Below, in pieces: positions 35,716-51,453 of a stretch of 64,000 nt of DNA. Under the pieces are notes generated by a model. It was not told the DNA's origin, ran no database searches, and saw nothing but the letters and a program-made list of their open reading frames with translations. The DNA is from the human T2T-CHM13v2.0 reference genome, Homo sapiens. The first letter of the stretch is position 1. Each line of letters starts with the position of its first letter. Made by a program: the position numbers and the translations under genes. The stretch lies in the NCBI RefSeq assembly GCF_009914755.1, contig NC_060938.1. One strand, 5' to 3'.

Positions 35716-36481
35716 CTAAGACCCAGAAAAGGTTAAGTAACTTGTCTCATAGCTAGTAAATGGCAAAGTAACAGGATTAGACATGTCTCATTCCAAATTC
35801 CTTGTTCTTTCCCGTGTAACACACTGTTCTTTATATTTTAACCTACTGATCTATTTATCTGTTTTCTTGAAATACCATGGTAGACTCTTTGAGACATGCT
35901 TTTCTGATTCTCTTGGATCTCCATTGCTTTAATCACTAACTCATAAATAGCTAGCTTGCTCTAGTTTCTGTCCTCCTCATCTAAACCTCTCAAAAGACTG
36001 GTATACAATTCTTTTCTTGCTACCCATTTGCTCCCTAACCCCTAAGCCCACTGAAGTCTGGCTTAGTCTCCATCATTGCATTGAAAATGCTCTCCCTCAG
36101 GACAGCAGTAACTTCCTAATTGCCAGTTTTGATGAACATATTTTAGTCTTTATCACTCTTTTTCTGCATTTAATACTTTATAGATTCCTTTCTTCTTGAA
36201 ATTGTCTATGTCTTTGAATTCTGTGACTTCACATTCTTATCCTTCTCATTACACTCTCTGACCATTCCTTGTTCTCTCTTGTTTTTGAACTTCCCTTCCT
36301 TCTCTTACTCCTTAAATGTTGGTGTTCTCTGATGTTCTATCTCTGCATCTTTACCTTAGACAGGTACTTGAAACTAAATACTGTATGTCCAAAACTGAAC
36401 TTGCCATCTTCCTGCCAGACATCTACACCAATAGGTGGTACCAAATGTTCACCAAGTCTTGCCAATTTTACCTCCTAATTA

Positions 36482-36698
36482 TTTCTCTCTCTCTCTCATC
36501 TTCTTTCTTTCTCTCTCTTTCTCCTTCTTTCTTTCATTTTTCTTTTCTTTCTTTTCTTTCCTTTCTTCCTCCCTCCCTCCTTCCCTCCTTCACTCCTTCC
36601 TTCCCTCCTTCTCTTCCTTCCTTCTCTTCCTTCCTTTCCTTCCCTTCCTTCCTTTCCTTCCTTCCTTCCTTCTCTCTCTCTCTCTCTTTCTCTCTCTC
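36482..36698 (+). repeat. Polypyrimidine low-complexity tract (TC/TTTC/TTCC)
   Basis: ~215 nt almost devoid of purines. Confidence 0.92.
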
Positions 36699-36978
36699 GA
36701 CAGAGTCTTGCTCTGTCACCCAGGCTACAGTGCAGTGGCGCCATCACAGCTCACTGCAGCCTTGACCTCCTAGGCTGAAATGATCCTCCTGCCTCTGCAT
36801 CCTGAGTAGCTGGGACCACAGACGTGCGCCACCACATCCAACTAATTTTTAAATTTTTCGTAGAGACAAAGTCTCCCTATGTTGCCCAGGCGGATCTCAA
36901 ACTCCCAGACTCAAGCGATCCTCCCACCTAGACCTCCCAAAGTGCTGGGGTTACAGGCATGAACCACTATGCCCAGCT
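36697..36978 (-). mobile_element. AluJ
   Basis: Tail has expanded into the adjacent pyrimidine tract. Confidence 0.85.
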
Positions 36979-37245
36979 CTGTTTCTCAAATCCATTCTTT
37001 TCTCTTCTTCTTTTACCATATCTTTCTCATCAGATCCTTGTTAGTACCTGCTTAAATCCCTATCATAGCCTCCTAACTGGTTTCTCATCTTCAGTTTTGT
37101 TTCTTTCAAATCTATCCTCTTCCACAGGCAAAAATGACCATGTAACTTAAATCAATTTACAGTTAATGTTTTGACTAGGGAGATATCTGAATATATTAAA
37201 ATATTTATAGTTCCCCTTTCCAATTTTGCCTTTTCACCTTCTTAA

Positions 37246-37548
<303 letters not shown>

Positions 37549-37568
37549 TAAATTAGATATAATATCTG

Positions 37569-38406
37569 TTCATTAAGTCAAACAAACAAAACTCTAAATA
37601 CAGTGCACATAGCCATTCTAAGTTAACACATCTTTTTTTTTTTTCTCTGCGTTTTATGTGAAGGGCCAGAAACCAAACACTGTATTAAAGGTGGGCACTG
37701 TGCTTAAACAATCCTATGAAGAAATTAGATTCTCATTTTACAAATGAGAAAACTGAGGTGCAATTAAGTCACTTCCCTGAATCGTTAATAAAAGTAACAG
37801 ATTCAGAATTGAAATGCCAATCTGACACCAAAGTCTGTGGTCTTTTACCGTGCCGCACTATCATGCCCTGTGGTATGCATTTGTAATTCCCAAACCCACA
37901 TATCTAGACCGCCCCTCACTGGGTAGTTCTCTGGATTTGTTTACACCTGTAGGTTTGGACAGCCTACCAATGCCAGAAATTAGGATTTGGAGGATGAGTA
38001 TGTATAGGAAAATGACACAAAGAAAGCCAGGTTGTAGGAAAGTTAACCTGGCAATGTCACAGGAGAAACAGCATTGAAAGACCAACCAAAAGACCTAATG
38101 ACATCTTGAACTAAAGTGATGACAGTGGAATCTAAAAAAGAGGAAAAGAATGTGCTTAAAGGAATGAAAGTCTAGGACTTTGGGAAAAATATGTCAACTC
38201 TGTTGTCATTAAACCTCTTAATTCTCTTAAAATCTTAACCTTTTTAAGATTAAGATTCATTAAGTGAAACAAACAAAACTCTTTAAATACAGTGCACATA
38301 GCCATTCTAAGTTAACACATCTTTTTTTCTCTGCATTTTATCTGAAGGGCCAGAAACCAAATACTCTTATTAAAGCTGGACACTGTGCTTAAGCAGTCCT
38401 ATGAAG
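37569..38406 (+). repeat. ~150-bp dispersed direct repeat (37569-37721 / 38256-38406)
   Basis: ttcattaagt..aaatacagtgcacatagccattctaagttaacacatc..gaagggccagaaaccaaa..cctatgaag in both copies. Confidence 0.92.
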
Positions 38407-38657
38407 TAAGGCATATCAAAGCTTTTTTAAGGCATCACAAGGCTATATATAAATGTATCACATTGTGCTTTTACAGCCTAACAATAACAACACGTAGTCT
38501 TTTACAGCTTATAGAGTCCTTTCATTAATATTAAGTGATTTGATCCTCACACATCCCTATGGACTAAGTGTTGTATTTTTCTTACTTTACATATAAGGAA
38601 ACTGGCTTAAAAGGCTGTGACTTGCCCAGAGGTAACAGCTCTCAAAACACTACACTA

Positions 38658-38955
38658 GGCCAGGTGTGGTGGTGGCTCACGGCTATAATCCTAGCACTTT
38701 AGGAGGCGAGGCGGGCGGATCTCTTGAGGTCAGGAGTTCAAAACCAGCCTGGCCAACATGGTGAAACCCCGTCTCTACTAAAAATACAAAAAAATTAGCC
38801 AGGTGTGGTGGCAGGTGCCTGTAATCCCAGCGACTTGGGAGGCTGAGGCAGGAAAACCCAGAGGCGGAGGTTGCAATGAGCCAAGATTGCAACACCGCAC
38901 TCCAGCCTGGGTGACAGAGTAAGACTCCGTCTCAAGAAAAAAAAAAAAACAACAA
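38658..38955 (+). mobile_element. AluS with small internal deletions
   Basis: Alu consensus match; flanks actacacta duplicated. Confidence 0.87.
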
Positions 38956-39378
38956 ACTACACTAAATCCACTTCCTATGCTTTCTCCAGAGATGTCTGCT
39001 TCCCTAAAAACAAACAATATTTTTTCAAAGTACATGATCAAGGTGGAGCCCCTTTTCTCCTCAGCATTTGAATACCAGCTTATAATTAAGAGTTTATTAG
39101 ATCAGGCAACGAGCTGGTGAAGAACAAGAACAGACTACTGTATAGTGTTCATAAAATTAGATGGCTGGTCTAAATTTTAGAAACAAGATTCTCGTGACCT
39201 TTGACAGGTTACATGTACATGACACATTGTTTCTTTGGCATTTCAGACGTTGCCTGCAAGCATTCTGTGAATGAAGCCATACCAGTGTCATGCCAAATCA
39301 TGAACTGTCCTGCCCTGTACAACTAAAGAAAACCAAGGGTCTTCTGCTCTGGCCTCTATAGAATAAATTAGAAAAGTT

Positions 39379-39749
<371 letters not shown>

Positions 39750-40379
39750 TCATCAATCATTTCACTACCACCAAAGTTATGCCAGTTTCCTTGCATTCTG
39801 CATATACACATTTTTATTTTAGCATTCTTTAAAAATACTGTGGTTCCTGCTTCCTGGGCAGTGGTCAACTTTTAAACCATCTTTTTTTTTTTTTTTTTTT
39901 TTGGTTTTAAAATTTACCCGGGTGGGTTTTCTTGATCTTTGTTTGTTTACGCCCATCCATAGCTACATGTGTATGCACACATGCAGGTAGTTACAGCCAT
40001 TTCCAAGGCAACCAATTGTGTTTTGAGACAGCAAATAATTTCAGGGACAGCTGTGGTGCCTCCCACCTTCTTTTGCTGGTGTCACTTTTCCTATGCTGTA
40101 TTAGCTATACAGGTGAAAAGAACCAACATTTAGTTCAAGTAAACATCCTTGGACTAGCATGTAGGATCACACTGGATCTCCTCATTTTTTTATTCTACAA
40201 CATATCAGAAGTTCATAGCAGTTTTCTGGCTATTAGATTGTTCTTAAAATTTAATATCTTCACCTATTGAGTTACCCAAGCCAGCAATCACAGTGATTTC
40301 TACCTCCTTGTTCCTCCTCCTCCACATTGATTAAATCAACAAATTCTGCTGAAATTGCCTCCTCAATTAGTCCCTCTGG

Positions 40380-40468
40380 CCCTGCATTATCCAATATGGT
40401 AGCTACTAGCCAGTGGGTCTGTTGAGCACTTGAAATGTGGCTGACCAAATTGAGATGTGCTGTGTGAA
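40380..40468. mobile_element. MER3-like hAT-Charlie fragment
   Basis: tccaatatggtagctactagcc..ttgagcacttgaaatgtggct..tgagatgtgctgt. Confidence 0.65.
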
Positions 40469-40469
40469 A

Positions 40470-41063
<594 letters not shown>

Positions 41064-42838
41064 TTATATTTCTCTTGGACAGTCTGCTCTGGATTATTTT
41101 GGTCTTAGACCCTTTTCATCTCTCACTGTTGCTGAAGTCTAATAATTGGCCTCAATACATTCCAAACCTCAGTGAGAATGTTCTTTCTGAAATGGAAATC
41201 TGAAACTGTCACTTTCCTGCTACTACCACCCTTCAGAGGCTTCTCATCACAAAACCCAAGATCCTGTGTGCCTTATGCAAGAGTCCTGCCTACCTCCCAG
41301 CCTCGACTCACCTCTCCTCAGCTTTTCTTCTCTCCCACCCTGCACTGTACACTCCACTGGTCCTAAAATTCTTGTTATTCTCTCAACATACCGTAACATT
41401 TCACTCATTTGTGCCTTTGCATTTGCTGATTCTTTAATCTAGAAGATTAAAGAAGTTCTAAACTGGGGAGTTCCATTTTAGCTTTAAAAACTTTTCATAG
41501 GCTTCTCTTTTCTCCTACCCTGGTGATTCTACTGACACCTTTTATTTACTCCCACTGGGCTCTAAACTCACTGAGGGCAGGGACCATGTCTTGTTTACCC
41601 TTATATCCACCCGTGCTTCAGGTAGTACCTGGAGCAGAAAAGGTACACACATTTGGTAAATTTGTGTATTATTTGTATTGCATTAGAATAATATACATCT
41701 TAGTGATTTATTTATGTCTGTCTTCCTACTATGGAATGAATTATTTAAAGAAAAGAACTGAATCTTATGATAGAAAGATCTAAATATCCCTGCACCTCAA
41801 GTAGTACCTATCATATGTAGACACCATATAAATATTTGTGTTGAATTTAATAAACTCAGGCTGAACCTACTCTGCATATATTGTGATGACTTTCAGATTA
41901 ACCTTTAGACACATTCACAGGGTTACTCTCTTGGAAGATCTCTAGGGATCCTCATTTATTTTTGGTCTTTGGGGTTACTGTATGTTCTGCTGTTGGTGTT
42001 TTTTACTCTTTGAGTATTGTTTTTCTTCCTTTACAAAGATAGTGTACATGTTTATTGTTGGGGGGGAGTCAAATCATATCAAATGATAGAAAATGAAAGC
42101 CATCTCCCTAGTTCTATTCCCCAGAAGAGACCACTGATAAGAGTGTAGTGTGTATCTTTTAAGACTATTTTCAGCACATACATACATACGTATTTTGCAC
42201 ATATATGGCATAATTAATATATTGTTCTAAAATTTACATTTTCATCTATCTAGCTAGCTAGCTATATCTCACGTATTTCCAAGTGCAGTATTTTGGAAGT
42301 TTTAAATAGTCAGATTAGGGCCATGTTTGGTATTGTGACTTTGTTCCTGACCTGGGTAGAGTGCTGTGCTTAGCTGACATATTTTACAATCCAGTGATCA
42401 CTCCTGACATTATTTGCAGAGTGCTCTTACCAGCAGAGGAGAAAGAGCTACTGTCCCCAAAGATTGGAGCAAATAGCCCTGAGGGAAGTGGAAAATGTCT
42501 TTGGAGTGTTATTTCTTTTATCTTAAAATTTAGTGCAGATCTTGCATTCAAAGACATCATGGTATATCTGTGTTTGTTTCCTTTGTTTTTACAAGGAGTT
42601 TCTCCCAAAAAACTGAACCTGAAGTAATGGTCACTCCAGGAATTTATGTCTTGTTTATCCTATGGCTTCAAGTACCTTCAGTGTATTGCCAAGTACTGCT
42701 CATGTACACTCCAGCTGAGAAATACAGTGTTAGGTTTCCAACAAAAGTACCTAAGGATTTCCCACAGTTCACTTAAGAAGGATGCAAAAGATGTTACTGG
42801 AATAATCATAGTCGCAGTTAGCTGTAGAATAAAGGACA

Positions 42839-43169
<331 letters not shown>

Positions 43170-43219
43170 TTAAAAAGAAAGGAGTTAAAATTGAGAGTTA
43201 TATGCTACAAGAAGAGTGA

Positions 43220-43440
43220 CTGATTAAGAATGTAGGTTTGTGGTTAGAATGTAGGTTTGCCTAGGTTCGAAACCTAGTTCTGCTACTTACTGGCCTGTAA
43301 CTTTGAACTAGTTCCTTAACCTTGCTGTGGCTCAGTTTCCCCATAAGTAAAAGGGAAGTAGGAGTGGGTGGTAATAATGGTACCAAATTCATAAGGGTGT
43401 CTATGAGGATTAAGTGGTGATGTGTATAAGCACATTAATA
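43220..43440 (+). mobile_element. MIR SINE
   Basis: cctaggttcgaaacctagttctgctacttact..ctcagtttccccataagtaaaaggg. Confidence 0.65.
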
Positions 43441-44951
43441 TTTAAAGTACTTTTGACATATCATAATTGCCTAGTAACTCATAGCTAAAGGTGAAAAAAA
43501 TGGAAGACTCTTCTTTTTGGTTTAGGTCATTTTTTAAATTTATATACCTGAAAAAAAGAGGCTTAAAACAGCTCTTCTACCAAGAACGAACTCAGACCAT
43601 CCATGTTTCTGCCTTGATTCAAGTATAGTGAATACACTTGTCTCATTTTATATTCTAATTCCTCACATCAATCCCCATTATTGCTTCCCACCATTTCCAC
43701 TTTCTGTGTCCCATTTCTGCCAAGAAAAGCAGAAGTAAGGGAGATGTGAGGGCTTGGGGATTTCTAAAAACTTTTCATAAGTCCTCATTGTTATGTTATA
43801 TTGAACTATAGTTATGTTAATGTAATATTTGCCAAATCTTCCCTCTGGGAAACACAAAGAATTTCCTCCATTAGAGACTAACATTTTAACTTTTTAGAGG
43901 ACCAGTATTATGGTGTTACATACATAATATGAGAGTTACTCGATTATGAGAGTTTATTAAATATAATTTAATGCAGAAACCCACTTTTTTAAATTCTTTT
44001 TTTCTCTTATGTTTACTTATCTTCTTGGATATTATCTTTTTTTTTTTTTAACTTCATTTTGCACATGGGGAAACTTAGGCTCTTAATTTGCCTCAAAGGC
44101 ACAAAGTACATTACTGAGCCTGAATGATTGGGTTTAAACATATGAGGTTGCTATTTTTATACCTCAAAAATGGTAGAATATTGGCAATTTTACGTGGTTC
44201 TCTAATAAATACAAAGCCTCTGTGTGTGCGCGCATAAAATATATCATGTGTAAAGACTGTTTTAATATAAATGTGTAGTTTAAAGAGTAATAATAAAACT
44301 AACACCTTTGTACCCACCAGTTGGGTTAAGAAGTTCCCTGTGTGTCCTGTTTAACCTCTTCTAACCTCGTCTCCTTTCCCCTGCTAACTTCTTCTTCCCC
44401 AACTCTCCACCCCAGTCAGGTAACATAATCCTGACTTCTGTGTAAATAATTTTCTTGCTTTTCATTGTTTAGGATTGAAAAACTGAGGAGTAAGCTCAAC
44501 TCTAGCTGTGTGAGGAAGGGGCAAGGAAGGGGCAAGATTGTCACTGTCAGATGAAAGCTCCCTTGAGAAGATAAGCTGAGCAAGGTCTTTGGTTTATGAT
44601 CTGGCTTTATTCTTTGGGAGCCCCTTCTGGGGAAGTCAGAGCTAGTCTTACAAAACAGAGGGTTTACCACATCAGGGCATCTGGCAAAGCTGTAGTTTGG
44701 ACCAGGTACCCAAAAACATCCAACAGAAAATATGGTCAAACAGAACAAGCTGCTGTTTTTCTGCTTCTAAACTCACCATGGCTTTCCTCCAGCTTTCAGG
44801 AGTAGGTCAAAACAAAAATTTTTTACATTTTCAATAAAATGCAAGTCTTCACTGATTACGGCATCATGGGATGTCAGGGAGTATGGAAACTCTGGACTAC
44901 AGTTAAAACAAGCCAAATACAGGCTCACTCAGGCATTCTGTGCTCCAGTTA

Positions 44952-45258
<307 letters not shown>

Positions 45259-45259
45259 A

Positions 45260-46330
45260 AGTGATGGCAGTGAGGATCTTGGTGATGACAGTATGCAATG
45301 TGGCTATCTCTTGAGTCACTTTTCAATCTGGATTAATTGCCCTCTGTATCTGATACACAGCAATCATCCTGGGATCTCCCTTCACCATCCTTTGGGGGAT
45401 TCCCATTACCGCTCTCCTGTATTGGAACTCCAATTTCCTGTCTTCCTCTTTCTTGGGTTAGTCTCTTTAGTGAAAAGTTCTCCAGGAGCTTCTCAAAGAA
45501 GGGTACATAGGAGGTAAAATTTTTATGAGTTTCCGTGTCTGAAAATGCCTTTATATTATTCTTACACATGATGGTATAGCTGAAAATAGATCTCAGGTTA
45601 GAAATAATATTATTTCAGAATTTTGAAGGCAGTGTTTTATGCTCCCAGTGTTACTCTTGAAGTCTGAAGACATTCTGGCTCCTTATCTTTTGTATATGAT
45701 CTGCTTTATTCTCTCTGGAAGTTTTTGGAGTCTTCTTTTTGTCTCCAGTGTTTTAAAATTTTACGGTGCTGTGACTTTGTATGGTCTATTTTCATTCATT
45801 GAGTTAAACACGCAGACTATTTCATTCTAGAAACTGATATCTTCTTATTTGGGGAGATGTTCGTTGGTTATTTTGTTGATGATTCCTTCCTCTGTGTTTT
45901 CTGGTTCTCTCTCTCTAAACTCAAATAATGAATCTTCAGACTTCTATCTCCTACCCCAGCAAAAGCAATATGTAACTGAGGGGGCAAGGGTATCTGAGTC
46001 TAGGAATCTAATCCTTCTTCAGCAGTTTTCCCCAGTTCTCCTTAGTTCAGCCACACACTTCCATTAAGTCTTACTCCTTTACTTCCAGTTCTGGAGTCTT
46101 TTGAAAATTGGGTTGGTTCTTAGCTTACCTCTCTTCAGATTTGACTTTGTTGGATCTGTAAAGTCAGTTACCACTTGTTTATCTGCTTTCCAGCTTCCAA
46201 AATCTTGTTGCTATTGTCTCTAAAGTCATTGTGGATTTGTGATTTTAGAAGGTCTATATTATAGTTTTAATGGAATTTCAAGTGGGGTTAAGATTAGATG
46301 CATGTGTTCAGTTTGCCTTAACCTGAAAGT
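45260..46330 (-). mobile_element. HAL1 / ancient L1 ORF1-like fragment
   Basis: Minus-strand IKAFSDTETHKNFTSYVPFFEKLLE...QERGRQEIG...GNPPKDGEGRSQDD resembles the L1 ORF1 C-terminus followed by a HAL1-type tail. Confidence 0.65.
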
Positions 46331-46544
46331 TTATGTTCTACTCCTACCAAGTGTTGACAGAGATTATCACAAAAACCACCCAAATGTGTGATAATGCCAA
46401 AAGAAACTCTTTTTTCTCTGTCTTTTGTTTTATTCTTTCCTCTCTCTTCTTTTCTTTTTTGCTCTTTCTTTGTTTTGGATGCGGGGAGAATATAGTAAGG
46501 ATTGGGAGCTCTAAATTCCCTAATCCTGTCCCGATTGCGTAGTA

Positions 46545-46760
46545 ATAGCTAACATTTATTGAGTATTTTCCCATGTGCTTTGTGTCTACATACATTATCT
46601 AAAGTAACCCTCATAATAACCCAATTATTATTTCTACTTTACCAATGATGAAACAGGCTCAGAGAGGAAATGTAACTTCCCCAAGGTCACACAGTTGGTA
46701 CATAGTAGAATTAGAATCTGAACCCAGGCAGCCTGATGCCAAAGCTTGTGCTCTTAATTA
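46545..46760 (-). mobile_element. MIR SINE
   Basis: aatagctaacatttattgag..gaaacaggctcagagagg..cccaaggtcacacag..tgaacccaggcagcctga. Confidence 0.7.
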
Positions 46761-48854
46761 TGATTATTGAACTATTAAGTAATAGAAGTTGGAAAGGTCT
46801 CTATTATGTGTCTATCCAGTTTTATTTATGTATAAGTCCTTCCACCGCAGAGCTGCATAGATTGCTTAAAACATGAACTGGAGATGTCTAAGGTGTCTCT
46901 CCCTCCCTCCCTTCCTCCCTTCCTTTCTCTTACTATTTTTTCTGCTTCCAGTCATCCATTATAAGGTGTCTTTTTATATAGCCAGGTATTTTATATATTT
47001 CGAACAGACAGTACTTTACCAGAAAACAGAATCCATAACCATAGTGTACAACTGTGTGGGGCTTTGTAGCAAGACAAAAGCTGTGTAAATTAGTGCAGCC
47101 ATGGCCAGGCTACACAAGTTTTCAAGCTTCTGAACTCCCCACTCATCTTACTCTTTCTCTTCTAGTCATGAAATGGAGCCCTTTGATCCTGACAGTATTC
47201 ATATACTTTCCCAGAGTGAGCAAATTATTCCTTATATATGGACTGGACCTAGAACCCTAGGGTGAATTTTTAATAAACCTTTTGAGAGTGGAAATTTAAT
47301 CAAATTTTGATATTTCCATATCAAAATAAGTTAGTTTAATCTTCCTGAAATTAGTTTTCAGTCTTCAGAATACCTATCCTTTCTTGCCTTACAGGATAGG
47401 GAGGAAACACAGATATCTTACAGAGAAAATAAAAAGACCAAATGCATATAAATGTTTGGAGAAAAGTCACACTGTGAGTCAGGAGGCAAATCTGTCTTCT
47501 AGACAGCTTTGACTCTCAGCTAGCTGAGGAAATCCATCTAGGCCAACGATTTAATAGTTTTCTAAAAGGCTGGATGACTGTGTGGGTGCTAATGGCATCA
47601 GAGAAGATAGTGGTGAGCAGGAAACATCCCACACTTGACAGGATGTTCCCAAAGCAGGAAGGGATTTCTCTTCCTCCGTAGAATTGTTTCATTAACTAAG
47701 GACGAGAGGAGATAATTGAAATCTCCCTAAAATACCAAAGACTGACGAAAGCAGGATATAGGACATGGTGGGTCTAATGTAAACCAGTGGGATCATTTAT
47801 GACATTATAATGAAGTAATAATATTTTGTATATATCCATATATCCATTTTTTCCCAAAGAGATTCAAAATGCTTTATATAGTGAGTCAGTCATTAAATAC
47901 TTTTAGATCTGTGTACAAAGAGGCAGAAGTAGGACTCCTGCTCAGTCAGCCTCAGCCTCTCTCCTCTGGATACACCACCAGACTTAGAAAGCTTGCAGCT
48001 TACATACCACCTGGTGAAAGTTTCCTTTTCTCATCTTCCATTTCTCTCATTTTCATCAAGTGCTAATCTGTCTGTTGTATGGTATATAGCTCTGAAGTAG
48101 TTCCAGCAAGACAATATGATCAAGCTTCCTTTAAATAAATCATGATCTCTTTCTCTCTCTGCAAGCAGCAACAGCTGTCAAAGGTAGAACTGAAGCCAAG
48201 GCAGCACCAATGGAGCAGGCTGCTAATGAAAATATGACAAGAATATTTGAAACTAGAAGCCTCAAGCCACAACTTTGTTAGGTTTCCTGCACTCTCCACC
48301 TTGGTGGCATTTTCAGAGGTACACAGAAAAATGTTGAATATAGCAGTCACTTGAGAAATACAGTGTCACTCTATGTCTGGGACAGGGATTCTCGTCCCAA
48401 AACTTAGCTCAAGAGAAAAACAAGAGGAACGAAGACAAAGAAGGGACTTAAACTGGGTATTAGCTAACCTACAGAGAGTAATAGCATCATAAAAACAAGT
48501 AGAAAACTGCACTGGACTAGTGTAAGTTATGAGTTCCCTGTTTTTTTCCACTGTACATTTTGTGGCGAGCACAATGCATCAATTACAGGCATTATGTTTG
48601 TGATATCCTGAGTTCTGGAACACTGCCTCAAGAGAGTTCATCAATCATTGTCTTTTTCCCTAAAGTGGTCTTGCGTTCTCTCAGTCTGTGGGAAATAATT
48701 GTCAAAATTAATAAATGCACATGAAAGAATATTTACTTTTCTTGCTTTCTCCTGTCTGCTTTTGACTTAACCCCATTATATCCTCAAATCCAGCCAGACT
48801 CAAATAGGAAAATTCCCACCCAGGACAATTAATTCCAGTTCAAGCCCCAAATTA

Positions 48855-49190
<336 letters not shown>

Positions 49191-49566
49191 TGAAATTGAA
49201 TTATTACCTGGCTTTTTTGTTGTTGTTGTTCTTAAAGACCAGTGTGATAGTATATTTCCTGGCTTTAGTCTCCCAAACAATTGTAGAACTGGTATTAGAA
49301 ATCCTTTATATCAGAACGCTATGTGGGTTACCTGTGGTTATTTTAAGGACTTCCATATTTTATGGAATTTCAAATATCTCAGCTTATGAATAACTAAAGA
49401 TACTGTCTTAAATATCATCATACATTTAAAATTAATTTGCTCTTCTTTCAAAGTTCAGGCTTTGAACTATAGCTATGTGAATGTGTAAAGAGGAGGCAGG
49501 TCAAAGACTAAATCACTTTACATCCTCCCTGGTGTGCACACTCACATGGTTTTATCCAAGAAAAGG

Positions 49567-49855
49567 GGCCAGGCACAGTGGGTCATGCCTGTAATCCCAG
49601 CACTTTGAGAGTCCCAGGTGGGCAGATCACTTGAGGCCAGGAGTTCGAGACCAGCCTGAACAACATGGCGAAACCCTGTCTCTATAAAAAATACAAAAAA
49701 TAGCTGGGCATGGTGGCGCATGCCTGTGGTCCCAGCTACTCGGGAGGCTGAGGCAGGAGAATTGCCTGAACCCAGTGAGCCACGATCTCGCCACTGCACA
49801 CCAGCCTGGGTGACAGAGCGAGACTCGGTCTCAAAAAAAAAAAAGAAAAAAAAAG
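49567..49855 (+). mobile_element. AluS with a right-arm deletion
   Basis: gaacccagtgagcc junction lacks ggaggcggaggttg. Confidence 0.87.
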
Positions 49856-50479
49856 ATGTCTTATACCCCTCAAATGCATGGTGCCTTGCTCCTCAAACAC
49901 CCTACCTACTCCCAGTTTGGACTTAGAACAGCTGCTGACCATTTTCGGGGAAAACAGTTTCTACTTTAATCAGACTCCCCTTCTACATCAGGTCCTTTAG
50001 AGAAAATTATTCCTGAGTTTAGGGATCTGTGAACTTCCTCCGGTTCCTGAAGAGCTGTTTACATTGATTCATTTTACACATAGAATAATAAGATCAGAAG
50101 CTTCCAGGGAATGACACTGATGCATTTTCCAAGGAGTGCCAGACTAGCTGAATAGAATTGAGGTCTGCTCCTAACTAAGGCTCAGATAAAGTGGAGCTTC
50201 TCCTCACCATCCCCCGACTGATTCATTAAAGGGAGGAAAGTTGAACAGAAGGTAGAGAGGTAGATTGAGGAAGGAAATGTACTTCAGCACTGACACGTGG
50301 CCTCCCTGAACCACCTTATCAAATAGGCCCCTACTTGTTTCCTAAAGTCCTTAAAAGAGGGAGATATTGCCAGAGAGAACTTGCCTTGAGAGCCAGGTGG
50401 TTTTGAGATCCTGTATTTATTTTTCAGTCTTTTGGAGGTGGCCAATCTCCATTTTATTTTTTTTTTCGTTTTTTAAAAT

Positions 50480-50951
50480 TTTTTATTTCCGTAGGTTATT
50501 GGGGAAAAGGTGGTGTTTGGTTCATGATTGAGTTCTTTAGTGGTGATTTGTGAGATTTTGGTGCACCCATCACCCGAGCAGTATACATTGCACACAATTT
50601 GTATTTTATCCCTTACCCCTTCCCACTCTTTTCCCCTGAATCCCCAGAGTCCATTGTGTCATTCTTTTGCCTTTGCATGGTCATAGCTTAGCTCCCACTT
50701 ATGAGTGAGAACATTCGACGATTGGTTTTCCATTCCTGAGTTACTTCACTTAGAATAATAGTTTCCAGTTTCATCCAGGTCGCTGCAAATGCCATTAATT
50801 CGTTCCTTTTTATGGCTGAGTAGTATTCCATCATATATATATATGCCACAGTTCTTTTATCCACTTGTTGATTGATGGGCATGGAAGTCATTACACAGAA
50901 AAGATACTTGCACACACAAGTTTATAGCAGCACAGTTTGCAATTGCAAAAA
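50480..50951 (-). mobile_element. L1PB 3' end with inverted 5' segment (50884-50951 on + strand)
   Basis: MEYYSAIKRNELMAFAATWMKLETIILSEVTQEWKT on minus; flipped gaagtcatt...gatacttgcacac...gcaattgcaaaa segment. Confidence 0.85.
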
Positions 50952-51159
50952 CAAGATCCTTTTTTTATATTACCACTTAGGAACACCTTGACTAAGTCCC
51001 TAATTTCTCTTTCCTTTACCTTCTTTATCCTGTAAATGAGAAAACACTGCTGACTTCCCTCATAAATTGCTATGAGAAATAATAGAAAATTATCGAAGAT
51101 AATTTCATCTTTCCATACAAAAAATTGTATGTAAATAATGTTGTTTATATTTTTGGGTT

Positions 51160-51453
51160 TTGTTTGTTTGTTTGTTTTGAGATGGAGTCTTACTCTGTTG
51201 CCCAGGCTAGAGTGCAGCTACCTTGGCTCACTGCAACTTCTGCCTCCTGGGTTCAAGCGATTCTCCTGCCTCAGCCTCCCGAGTAACTGGGATTACAGGC
51301 GCCCACCACCGCGCCCAGCTAATTTTTGTATTTTTAGTAGAGACGGGGGTTTCACCATCTTGGCCAGGCTGGTCTCGAACTCCTGACCTCGTGATCCACC
51401 CACCTCGGCCTCCCAAAGTGCTGGGATTACAGGCATGAGCCACCGCGCCTGGC
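51160..51453 (-). mobile_element. AluS
   Basis: Alu consensus match, (TTTG)n tail. Confidence 0.88.

Noticed and set aside
36316-36773. S/F/L/P-rich and E/R/K-rich ORFs (also 52593-53270)
   Set aside because: Translations of polypyrimidine/purine microsatellites.
43228-43259. Short tandem duplications (gaatgtaggtttg x2; also atttatgttac x2 near 55537)
   Set aside because: Ordinary replication slippage events.
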